A stretch of DNA of 64,000 nt from Deltaproteobacteria bacterium (lineage in GTDB: Bacteria > Desulfobacterota > Syntrophia > Syntrophales > UBA2185): NCBI GenBank assembly GCA_016874835.1, contig VGTB01000001.1, positions 5,169-69,168 of the forward strand, in the 5' to 3' direction. Within the stretch, counting starts at the first letter, position 1. Each line of letters starts with the position of its first letter. Positions 1 to 8,722 of this stretch are shown here, in pieces. A program made the translations under genes and the position numbers. A model generated the notes under the pieces. The model ran no database searches and was not told where the DNA came from. It was given only the letters and a program-made list of their open reading frames with translations.

Positions 1-828
1 GATCCGGTATATCCGACGTTGGAAGAGGCGACATTTGTCGTGCTACCCATCCCTTATGACCTGACATCCACGTACCAGTCGGGATCACGGAACGGGCCTT
101 GTGCAATTATTGACGCTTCCTCCCACATGGAACTGTATGATGAGGAACTCGAAAAAGAGACATATCTGGCAGGAATCTACACTCTTTCCCCGCTGGAATC
201 CGATGCCCGTGGACCCGCCGAGATGACGGCGGCTGTTCGCCGGGCAGTATCGGAAATCCTCTCTTATGGAAAAATTCCGGTGATTCTGGGGGGAGAACAC
301 AGTATTTCGCTTGGTGTTGTTCAGGCAATGATTGCAAAATATCCGGAGCTCTCGGTTCTCCAGCTTGATGCCCATGCTGATCTGAGAGACAGTTATCAAA
401 GTACTCCTTACAGCCATGCATCTGTGGGACGGAGAATTTCCGAGCTATGTCCCCTGATTCAGGCGGGAGTGAGAAGTATGAGTGCGGAAGAAGCGGCTTT
501 CCTCGCTGAGGGGAAAGTGAAATCTTTCTCTGCGGACTTCATTCGTGAGAATGCCCGGTGGTGGGAGAAAATAGGTGAAAATCTTCATGGTGATGTGTAC
601 GTCACCGTTGATCTGGATGTATTTGATCCTTCGATTATGCCTGCGACGGGAACACCGGAGCCGGGCGGTATTTACTGGAAAGAGATGTTGCAAATTCTCA
701 AGGAGGTTTCTGCCCGGTGTAATGTGAGAGGTTTCGATATCGTTGAACTCTCTCCTATTCCCGGTCTGGTTGCTCCTGATTTCCTTGCCGCAAAGTTGGT
801 GTATCGGATGATGGGGTATCTCACGTGA
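1..828 (+). CDS. speB: Agmatinase / ureohydrolase family protein, 5' end outside window
   Basis: The frame is open from nt 1 (DPVYPTLEEATFVVLPIPYD...), so the track start at 19 is internal. It carries the arginase-family metal-site motifs GGEHSIS, DAHADLRD, VDLDVFDPS and TPEPGG. Confidence 0.85.
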   Translation, partial: DPVYPTLEEATFVVLPIPYDLTSTYQSGSRNGPCAIIDASSHMELYDEELEKETYLAGIYTLSPLESDARGPAEMTAAVRRAVSEILSYGKIPVILGGEHSISLGVVQAMIAKYPELSVLQLDAHADLRDSYQSTPYSHASVGRRISELCPLIQAGVRSMSAEEAAFLAEGKVKSFSADFIRENARWWEKIGENLHGDVYVTVDLDVFDPSIMPATGTPEPGGIYWKEMLQILKEVSARCNVRGFDIVELSPIPGLVAPDFLAAKLVYRMMGYLT

Positions 829-933
829 GGCTGATGAAATGAGTTCCGTAGCGATAGGGTGTCTGCCTTCTTCCTGAAGATGCGTGTTCCGGCTGAACCA
901 TTGAGCTGAGTTGAGCGAGGACAGAATACTACA

Positions 934-3183
934 GTGGAAATGGCGCTTAGTCATCTGAATGCCCCCTTCATTTATGTGATCCCTCCGATTCTGGGGGCTT
1001 TCATAATGATCGTTCTTGCCCTGATTTCGATTTTACGGGGCAGGAGAAATCCCACAAACATTATGTTTGCAGGAATTTGTCTCCTGGGTTCACTTGTGAA
1101 CGCAAACGTCGCGTTGGTGTCAATTCTTCCCGATAAATCTCTGGCCCTTAGAATTGACAGGACTCTTTATCTATTCATTGTCTTTGCCGTACCTATTTTC
1201 ATCCATTTTGTTCATTCCTTTCTTGGAATTACAAACCGGCGCTGGCTGGAGTATCTGACATATCTCTTCAGTTCTATTATTCTGTTTTTCACGCCATCTG
1301 AGCTTTTTATCAGCGGATTGCAGCAATATACATTCGGGACAATTGCGAGGGCAGGTCCCGTTTTCTATGTCTTTGCGGTGATTACCTTTTGTTCGGTGTT
1401 ATACTGCCTCGCGGTGTTATTTGCCGCTCTGACGAAATCGGCGGATAATCAACAGAGAAACCGGATAAAATACATACTCGGAGGCATGGGACTCGGCGCC
1501 TTGCTCATCGCATTGAATATTCTTACGGTCTGCGGTGTCAGAATATATCCCATGGGGAATTTCAGCTTCGTTCCTGCTGTCTTTCTTGCCTTCGGTGTCC
1601 TCAAGTATGACCTCCTCGATATGGGCGCTCTCATCAGAAGAGGAACGATTTATTTTATTCTCACCGGTGTCCTCACCGCTCTTTATATATCGATAATCTA
1701 TCTTTTTAATACCCTCTTCATGGAATCAGGGTATGACAGATCCCTGGTTCTGCCCCTTCTGCTGGCGGTGATCATTGTACTTATTTTCAATCCCCTCCGG
1801 GAAAAAGTTCAGGAGATGATTGATGTGCTCTTTTTCAGAGGCAAGTATGATTATCAGCAACTGCTCAAGGAAATAAGCGGAGAGATGGCATCTCTCCTGA
1901 AATTCGATCAGATCAAAGAGCTTTTGCTCGAATCGGTATCCGCTGCTCTGCATGTGACCCATGTGTATCTGCTCGTTAATCATGAGGATACGGATTTTTT
2001 CCGGATTTATTCCCGGATAACTCAAAGTTATGAAAAGACAGGAATTGAGGGAATAGCAAGAGATCATCCCCTTGTAGCGTTTTTTGAGAGTAAGAAAAAA
2101 CCATTGAGCAAATCACATATTGAAAGAGCGGTTTCGGAACCGGTTGACGGCGAACAAATTTCCTCCATTTTTGATACGTTGGATGCGTCCCTGATCATTC
2201 CTATTGTTTCTCAAACCGGGTTAATGGGAATGATCGCGCTCGGGCAGAAAAAATCAGGGGAACTTTTTGTCCATGAGGACCTGGAGCTCTTGACCACTAT
2301 TGCAAATCAGAGTGTGAATGCCTTCGAAAACGCACGGTCATATGAAGAGGTCGAAAGGTTAAACCGTGATCTTGAGAAGAAGGTGGAAGAGAGGACTGCG
2401 GATCTCCGTCAGGCATTGGAGGAAAAAGAGAAAACCCAGAAGCAGCTTATCCAGTCGGAGAGTCTTGCGGCGATCGGTCAGCTTGTTGCCGGTACGGCTC
2501 ATGAATTGAACAATCCGTTAGCCGGTGCCACCAGTCTTATTCAGACCACCGTTGAATCTGTCGCTGAGTGGAGGGTGAATGACGGAAACCAGGAAGAAGT
2601 GATTAATGACCTTGAATTCTCATTGAAGGAATTGAAGAGAGCCGGTGACATTGTAAAAAGTTTACTTGATCTTTCCCGCCAAACCCAGGTCTATGTTGAA
2701 CCCGTTGACATAAACGTCGCCATGGAGGATGCGTTAAGGGTTTTGTACAACCAGTATAAACACCTTCCCGTTGAAATCGAAAAGGATTATGATAAAGGAC
2801 TACCCCTGGTGGAAGGCAACTTTGCAAACTTAGGTCAGGTGTTCATCAACATCATTAAAAATGCCTTTGAGTCGTTACCTGGCGGGCATGGGAAAATAAC
2901 CTTGGTGACACGTTTTATAGAGAGCACAGACAGCGTACTGATTGAATGTACTGATACGGGAAAGGGAATTCCATCTCATCAGATGAATGATATTTTTAAG
3001 CCTTTTTTCACTACCAAGGAGGTCGGTAAGGGAACGGGACTCGGCCTTTATATTTCCCATGAAATTATCAAAAGACATGGAGGAAAAATCTTCGTCAGGA
3101 GCGAAGAGGGGAGAGGAAGCACGATCGGTATCGAACTGCCCTGCATACATCAGGAAGAAATGAAAAATGCCTTGACAAAATAG
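934..3183 (+). CDS. Sensor histidine kinase (multi-TM N-terminal domain, GAF-like, HisKA, HATPase_c)
   Basis: The first ~270 aa contain about seven hydrophobic helices, followed by a central GAF-like region and a coiled coil. H-box is AGTAHELNNPL, N box NIIKNAFES, G box GTGLGLYISHEIIKRHGG. No response regulator is adjacent. The start could be ATG at 940. Confidence 0.85.
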   Translation: MEMALSHLNAPFIYVIPPILGAFIMIVLALISILRGRRNPTNIMFAGICLLGSLVNANVALVSILPDKSLALRIDRTLYLFIVFAVPIFIHFVHSFLGITNRRWLEYLTYLFSSIILFFTPSELFISGLQQYTFGTIARAGPVFYVFAVITFCSVLYCLAVLFAALTKSADNQQRNRIKYILGGMGLGALLIALNILTVCGVRIYPMGNFSFVPAVFLAFGVLKYDLLDMGALIRRGTIYFILTGVLTALYISIIYLFNTLFMESGYDRSLVLPLLLAVIIVLIFNPLREKVQEMIDVLFFRGKYDYQQLLKEISGEMASLLKFDQIKELLLESVSAALHVTHVYLLVNHEDTDFFRIYSRITQSYEKTGIEGIARDHPLVAFFESKKKPLSKSHIERAVSEPVDGEQISSIFDTLDASLIIPIVSQTGLMGMIALGQKKSGELFVHEDLELLTTIANQSVNAFENARSYEEVERLNRDLEKKVEERTADLRQALEEKEKTQKQLIQSESLAAIGQLVAGTAHELNNPLAGATSLIQTTVESVAEWRVNDGNQEEVINDLEFSLKELKRAGDIVKSLLDLSRQTQVYVEPVDINVAMEDALRVLYNQYKHLPVEIEKDYDKGLPLVEGNFANLGQVFINIIKNAFESLPGGHGKITLVTRFIESTDSVLIECTDTGKGIPSHQMNDIFKPFFTTKEVGKGTGLGLYISHEIIKRHGGKIFVRSEEGRGSTIGIELPCIHQEEMKNALTK

Positions 3184-3229
3184 GGGTGTTGTTCTATACG
3201 TCCATGTCCTAAAATTGAGTGAGAATTGA

Positions 3230-3306
<77 letters not shown>

Positions 3307-3316
3307 AACAATTGAG

Positions 3317-3352
3317 AGGGGTTAGATAAGATTTCTAACCCCTTTTTCTTTT
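3317..3352 (+). terminator. Rho-independent terminator after tRNA-fMet
   Basis: A 10-bp perfect stem AGGGGTTAGA / TCTAACCCCT with a 7-nt loop is followed by TTTTTCTTTT. Confidence 0.75.
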
Positions 3353-3421
3353 GCTCAAAATTATTTTCCATTGTGTACATTTTAGTGTCTATAGAAGGAT
3401 ATGCGTGAGAATATCATCCGG

Positions 3422-3478
3422 ATGAGCAGACGAGAACTATATGATAAGGTTTGGACCGAACCAATTGTCGGAAACTAG
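3422..3478 (+). pseudogene. 18-codon gene fragment (MSRRELYDKVWTEPIVGN-stop)
   Basis: The peptide resembles the conserved N-terminus (..ELYxxVWxxP..) of a widespread hypothetical protein family as I remember it. The ORF stops after 18 codons inside a repeat. This call is weak and from memory only. Confidence 0.25.
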
Positions 3479-3527
3479 GGACAGCGCCCTATTTATTATG
3501 GGGAAAATAGGGACACTTCCCCTATTT
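3476..3527. repeat. Two tandem hairpin-forming repeats TAGGGACA-N-CCCTATTT
   Basis: Copy 1 is 3476-3494 tagggacagcgccctattt and copy 2 is 3508-3527 tagggacacttcccctattt. Each is internally self-complementary (TAGGG/CCCTA, extended to AAATAGGG/CCCTATTT in copy 2). Confidence 0.6.
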
Positions 3528-3574
3528 CCACAAATGGCAGATCAGTCGTCTCGCCCGACGCCGGAGAATCGAAG

Positions 3575-3649
3575 ACAGGACGGACGCCTGCCCCACCACA
3601 GAGGGGGAAAACGGGACTGAAAAATGTCAAAACTCAAAACCTGACCCCA
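3575..3649. repeat. Diverged partial copy of the 5197-5282 element
   Basis: acaggacggacgcctgccccaccac matches acaggcggaacgcctgtctcaccac at 5197 at 20 of 25 positions by eye. The terminal cctgacccca is identical to 5271-5280. Confidence 0.45.
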
Positions 3650-3680
3650 CTGACACTTTTCGCTTTTCTTTTCCTTTCCC

Positions 3681-3719
3681 AGTTAGTATAATCACGATTA
3701 TACTAACTATGATTATACT
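3681..3719 (+). promoter_or_regulatory. Palindromic operator overlapping a -10-like box upstream of the ATPase gene
   Basis: AGTTAGTATAATC (3681-3693), a 2-nt spacer, then GATTATACTAACT (3696-3708) form a perfect 13-bp inverted repeat. A third GATTATACT half-site lies at 3711-3719, and TATAAT is embedded in the left arm. The site is 14 nt upstream of the GTG/ATG start region at 3733. Confidence 0.5.
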
Positions 3720-3732
3720 TACGGGGTGACAG

Positions 3733-5157
3733 GTGATGAAATTTGTAAACCGTGAACAGGAAATGGATATATTGCTACGGCTTTATGATAAGGGATTCTT
3801 TCAGTTCATTCCCATCTACGGTCGACGTCGCGTGGGGAAAACACGCTTGGTTCAGGAATTTATCCGGGCAAAACCCGCCATATATTTCCTGGCCGATACG
3901 GCTTCTGAGACGGAACAATTGAAAAATCTGGGAAGGGAAGTCGGCGATTATTACGGCGATCATATCCTCATGACATCCGGTTTCAGAGACTGGTTGCAGA
4001 TGTTCCGCTACCTGGCTGAAAAGAGTGGCACGCAACGACTGATCTTTGTCGTCGACGAATTTCCCTATCTGGTAAACGCCAATAATGCCATATCTTCCAT
4101 CTTCCAGAAAGGAATCGACGAGATATGGAAAGATACCTCTATCTTCCTCATCCTCATGGGATCCAGCATAGGCATGATGGAACGAGAGGTTCTTTTCGCC
4201 AAGGCTCCCCTCTACGGGCGGCGAACCGGTTCACTGGAAATAAGGGAAATGCCGTTTGCGGCATTGAATGCTTTTTTCCCTACCCTTGATTTCGAGAGCC
4301 GGACGGCGCTTTATGGGGTGTTCGGCGCCATCCCGGCTTACCTCGAGAAAGTTAATGAAAGTGCAGATATCCTGGGAAACATCCGGCAGGCGATTTTGGA
4401 TCGGGGATCGTTTCTTTATAGCGAGGTGGACTTTCTTCTCCGGGAAGAACTCCGGGAGCCGAGGAACTATTTTGTCATCCTGCGAGCCATCGCCCAGGGG
4501 AAAAGGAAACTTTCGGAAATCATGAACGATACGGGCTTTGACAAGGCCTATCTGTCCCGTTATCTTGACATTCTGAGGACCCTCCGTCTGATTGACAAAG
4601 AAATTCCCGTTACGGAAAAGTACCCGGAAAAGAGCAGGCTGGGACTTTACCGTCTCCATGACCGTTTTTTTACCTTCTGGTTTCGCTACATCTTCCCTTA
4701 TCGAGGCAGATTGGAAATTGGTCAGACGGATTTCGTCATGAATGCCATAGAGAAAACATTTCCCCAGTACCTTTCGGGCGTATATGAAGAAATCTGCCGG
4801 GAGCTGTGCCTGGCGCTTCAAAAAGACGGGATGATCAACTTTGAGACCATTGGCCGCTGGTGGTCAAAAAATGAGGAGATCGATCTGGTTGCCCTGGACG
4901 AGACGGACCGCTGTCTTTATCTCGGAGAGTGCAAATGGAGCGAAAAACCGGTAGGAACTGATATCTATGAAGATCTGGCGAGAAAAGCGGCACTGATCGA
5001 CTGGCGGGCCGGCAGGAGAAAGGAACGCTTCTTGCTGTTCAGTAAAAGCGGTTTTACAGAGCAGATGCATGAACGAGCCGTCAAGGATAATGTCATCCTG
5101 TTTACCGGCGAAAAAAAGTGCAATGATTATGGGGTCAGGTCTTGTTTTTTGCTATGA
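3733..5157 (+). CDS. AAA ATPase (archaeal-ATPase type) with internal wHTH and C-terminal DUF234 / PD-(D/E)xK-like module
   Basis: Walker A is GRRRVGKT and Walker B FVVDEFPYL. A wHTH-like segment reads FVILRAIAQGKRKLSEIMNDTGFDKAYLSRYLDILRTLRLI. The C-terminal EIDLVAL...LGECKW fits a D...ExK nuclease motif. The last ~9 codons are encoded by the inverted-repeat element at 5128. Confidence 0.8.
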   Translation: MMKFVNREQEMDILLRLYDKGFFQFIPIYGRRRVGKTRLVQEFIRAKPAIYFLADTASETEQLKNLGREVGDYYGDHILMTSGFRDWLQMFRYLAEKSGTQRLIFVVDEFPYLVNANNAISSIFQKGIDEIWKDTSIFLILMGSSIGMMEREVLFAKAPLYGRRTGSLEIREMPFAALNAFFPTLDFESRTALYGVFGAIPAYLEKVNESADILGNIRQAILDRGSFLYSEVDFLLREELREPRNYFVILRAIAQGKRKLSEIMNDTGFDKAYLSRYLDILRTLRLIDKEIPVTEKYPEKSRLGLYRLHDRFFTFWFRYIFPYRGRLEIGQTDFVMNAIEKTFPQYLSGVYEEICRELCLALQKDGMINFETIGRWWSKNEEIDLVALDETDRCLYLGECKWSEKPVGTDIYEDLARKAALIDWRAGRRKERFLLFSKSGFTEQMHERAVKDNVILFTGEKKCNDYGVRSCFLL

Positions 5158-5282
5158 TGTGTGAGTACATAATGAGAACATAATACAAGGTTGAATACAG
5201 GCGGAACGCCTGTCTCACCACGGAAAATAGGCGGCAAATTCCTATACCGCCAGACTAGCAAAAAACAAGACCTGACCCCATA
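5128..5282. repeat. 155-bp element bounded by 27-bp perfect inverted repeats (MITE-like or large hairpin)
   Basis: 5128-5154 tatggggtcaggtcttgttttttgcta is the exact reverse complement of 5256-5282 tagcaaaaaacaagacctgaccccata. An internal small hairpin ACAGGCG-gaa-CGCCTGT lies at 5197-5213. Confidence 0.85.
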
Positions 5283-5303
5283 GGTCCCCAGGGGAGTCTG
5301 CAT

Positions 5304-7881
5304 ATGAAAGATAAAGCAAAAACAAAAGAACAGCTCATCAGCGAATTAGCCGTATTGCGGAAGAGAATTGCCGATTTGGAAGGAGCAGAAGTAGATCATA
5401 AACAAACAGAGGCTGCCTTGAAGGCATCGGTCCTACAATGGCAGACAGTGTTTGATACCATTCATGACCCTATCTGTCTGCTGGATATTGAGGGAAAGAT
5501 TTTACGATGCAACAAAGCCATGAAAAATTTCTTAGGAAAAACACAGGAAGAAGTCGTTGGCCATACCTGCTGGGAGCTTGTACATGGTACGTCAAAACCC
5601 ATTGAAGGGTGTCCTATTGTGCAGATGAAGGAAACACTCCGAAGGGAAACGCTGATTCTGCAGCTGGATAACCGATGGGTTAACGTTATTGTAGACCCCC
5701 TGACGGATGCAACTGGCGCTCTCATTGGAGCAATTCATATTATCTCTGATGTGACCGAGCACAAGCAGACAGAGGAAACCGTTAAAAAGCAATTAGAAGA
5801 GATTACTTCCTACTACGACAATGCGCCCATTGGCCTGGCGGTATTAGACACCAGCTTGCGCTATCTCAGGATCAATAACCGACTGGCTGAGATCAACGGG
5901 ATTTCTGCAGCCAAGCATATTGGAAAAACGGTAGAAGAGATTGTACCGACACTGGCAACGCGAGCGAGAGAAATTATCTCTGAAATAATCAAAACCGGCG
6001 AGCCGATAACAGACGTAGAATTCAGAGGCGAAACAAAAGCACAACCAGGTGTCAAGCGCTACTGGCTGGAAGGGTGGTATCCGCTCAAGGATAAATAGCA
6101 TAGGGTCATTGGCTTTGTTGTGATGGTGCAGGACATCACCGAGCGTAAGATGATAGAAGACAATCTGCGCGAGAGCGAGGAGCGTTATCGCGCTCTATTT
6201 GAAAACTGCCTTGACGCGGTTTTGTTGACTGCTCCCGACGGCAGAATCCTGTCCGCCAACACCGCCGCCTGTCGGATGTTTGGACGGACAGAGCAAGAAA
6301 TCTGTCAGCTCGGGCTGAGTGGAATCGCGGACATAACAGATCCGCTCCTGCCTGTAGCTTTGACAGAACGTAGCCGTACAGGCAAATTCAGGGGCGAATT
6401 GACCTTTATTCGCAAAGACGGAACCAGGTTCCCAGGCGAGATATCTTCCGCGATTTTCAAGGATCAAGATGGTCATGACAGGACGAGCACGATTATTCGA
6501 GACGTTACCGAGCGCAAGCAGATGGAGGAAGTGCTGCGTGAGAGCAAGGAGAGATACCGTACGTTATTTGAAAGGACATCCAACCCCATCCTGGTCATAG
6601 ATACTGAGGGTAACTATGTCAGTTGCAACGAGGGGGTGCTCAAGTTCTTAGAATGCACACGCCATGAATTGCTGGAGAAAAATGTGCGCGACTTTATTCC
6701 ACCGGGCAAGGAGAGGCAAGTGATAGAGGATCACAAGGCTCTATGGGACGTTGGTGGAACTAGGGAAACTGAATACTATGTCCATGGCGAGGTCAAAAAT
6801 CTGGAATTGACCATCACTCCGGCAATATGGCATGGCAAGCGAGTGGTCTTTGGTATTGGAAAGGACATCACCAAGCGCAAGCAGTTAGAGAAAGCACTCC
6901 AGGAAAGCGAAGAACTGTACCGGGTTCTCACTGAGAAATCCATTGCCGGTGTTTACGTGGTGCAGGACGGCAAATTTCAATTCCTCAACAATAATGCCAT
7001 CGTGTACACAGGATACACAATAGAGGAGCTGATAGGGGCGAAAATGACGATTGTTGTCCACCCCGAAGACTGGGAACAGCTAAAGAGGTGTGTCAAAGAG
7101 ATGCTTCGTGGAGAACGGATGTCTCCCTACGAGTTCAGAATAATCACAAAAGAGGGACACATCCGGTGGTTCATGGAAACGGCCACATCAATCATCTGGA
7201 AACGGAGGCGGGCCGTTCTGGGGAATTGCATGGACATCACCGAGCGCAAGGCAGCGGAAGAAAAACTGCAGCTCTCCACGGAACGTCTCCGCAAGGTGTT
7301 CAGCGGCACCATCCAGGCTATCTCTGTGGCGGTGGAAACGAGAGACCCCTATACGGCAGGTCATCAGAAGAGGGTGACCGACCTGGCAAGGACTATTGCC
7401 AGCGAAATGGGACTTCCCGGTGAAACCATCGATGCTATCCGTCGATGCTGTCCGTATGGCGAGCCAGATTCACGACATCGGGAAGATCGCCATCCCTGCG
7501 GAGATACTTACCAAACCCTCGAAATTGACACCTGTGGAGTTCGAAATTATTAAGACCCATTCCCTGCGTGGTTATGATATCCTGAAAGATATCGAATTCG
7601 AATGGCCCCTTGCCCAGATTGTTTTGCAGCATCATGAGCGGATGGACGGCTCCGGGTACCCAAACGGATTAATCGGGGAAAATATCCTCATTGAGTCCCG
7701 GATTCTGGCGGTCGCCGATGTGGTGGAAGCTATGGCGTCTCATAGACCTTACCGGCCAGCTTTAGGCATTGATATGGTTCTGGAAGAAGTCACAAAGAAT
7801 AGAGGTTCCCTCTATGATCCAGAGGTGGCGGATGCATGCCTGAAAATATTCTATGAGAAGGACTATAAGATTGGAGCCTGA
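5304..7881 (+). pseudogene. Multi-PAS HD-GYP phosphodiesterase-type signalling protein, disrupted twice
   Basis: Track ORFs 5304-6098, 6120-7553 and 7396-7881 read as one protein. It has a coiled-coil N-terminus, repeated PAS modules ending in DIT(E/K)RK linkers, and a C-terminal HD-GYP domain (HDIGK ... HHERMDGSGYP). ORFs 1 and 2 share a frame and are split by TAG at 6096-6098. ORFs 2 and 3 are offset by +1 at a 13-bp tandem duplication. Confidence 0.75.
7429..7454 (+). repeat. 13-bp tandem duplication causing the HD-GYP frameshift
   Basis: tcgatgctatccg (7429-7441) is followed by tcgatgctgtccg (7442-7454) with one mismatch. Removing one copy restores ...GLPGETIDAVRMASQIHDIGKIAIP... Confidence 0.85.
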
Positions 7882-8351
7882 AGATTACCGATAGAAAACG
7901 CAGAGATTCTTTAGAATTGATTGATGCTGTGTTTCAGAAAATTGGCAATAATCTACATGAACGGCAAATGAGTTGTCAAACCTTTGCATGTTTCACCCAG
8001 TATTCAATGAACTACTCTGTCAATCCAGCCCGCACCTTATACTTTTACCACCGATTGTTTCTATCTTCATCACCGATTTACTGATAAAGCTTTTTCTATA
8101 ATAACATTGAACAAAAACACCGTCAAAAGTGATATTTTTAAGAAAATATTTTTAAGAGTTTCACCCTTCTCTTAAGCGAGCATCTAAGGTATTGAAATAA
8201 AATGGAAAATAATCAGGGGAAAATATTCAATTGAATGCAAATTCGTCGTATGCTTATTTATAAAAGCTAACACATAAAACAGGTCTCTGTTGTATGCCGA
8301 TCGTGTAAAATAAAAGGCAGCTATCATTAACAGGTATTCAGGTGACGGCAC

Positions 8352-8722
8352 ATGAAAAAGAAAGATTTGAAAAAGTATTGTGACTATGCCCTGGAGGGAG
8401 GAGCAACGAAGGTAAAACCCATTCACCTCTCCACTGTGGTCACGGCTGCATGGGTGCGATGGAGCTGATTGACCTGGAAGGAGAAATGTTCAAGGATGGG
8501 TACTATAAAGCCTTCGTTTTCCTTGCCGGTCCCTGTGATGTGTGCAAGGAATGCGGTAGAGTTACGGGAGACGCCTGCCGTGATCGTTATCGGGCAAGGC
8601 CTTCAATGGAGGCGTGCGGTATCGATGTATTTCAGACAGCACGGAATAACGGCTTCCATATTGAAACGCTGAGGGATAGAACAGAACCACGTAATACCTT
8701 CTGCCTCATGCTGGTGGATTGA
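8352..8722 (+). pseudogene. DUF2284-type metal-binding protein remnant with internal deletion and frame change
   Basis: The N-terminal 38 codons (MKKKDLKKYCDYALEGGATKVKPIHLSTVVTAAWVRWS-stop, 8352-8468) and the track ORF 8450-8722 (..LEGEMFKDGYYKAFVFLAGPCDVCKECG...ARPSMEACGIDVFQTARNNGF..CLMLVD) match the two ends of the family as I remember it. The Cys-rich middle (KCQxGC...CPP) is missing, with the junction near 8460. Confidence 0.5.

Noticed and set aside
85-954. Minus-strand ORFs overlapping the agmatinase gene (85-417, 107-421, 445-954)
   Set aside because: They are antisense to a CDS with complete ureohydrolase motifs and have no motifs of their own.
6096-6098. TAG as a pyrrolysine codon or programmed readthrough
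   Set aside because: No pyl genes are in the window. The same gene also carries an independent frameshift, and the surrounding region is full of decayed genes, so a nonsense mutation or base-call error is the simpler reading. I kept the site as a finding only for verification.
8184-8426. 80-aa minus-strand ORF in the AT-rich gap
   Set aside because: Its composition is driven by AT-rich DNA (Phe/Ile/Leu/Tyr-rich). It has no RBS and overlaps the start of the DUF2284 relic on the other strand.
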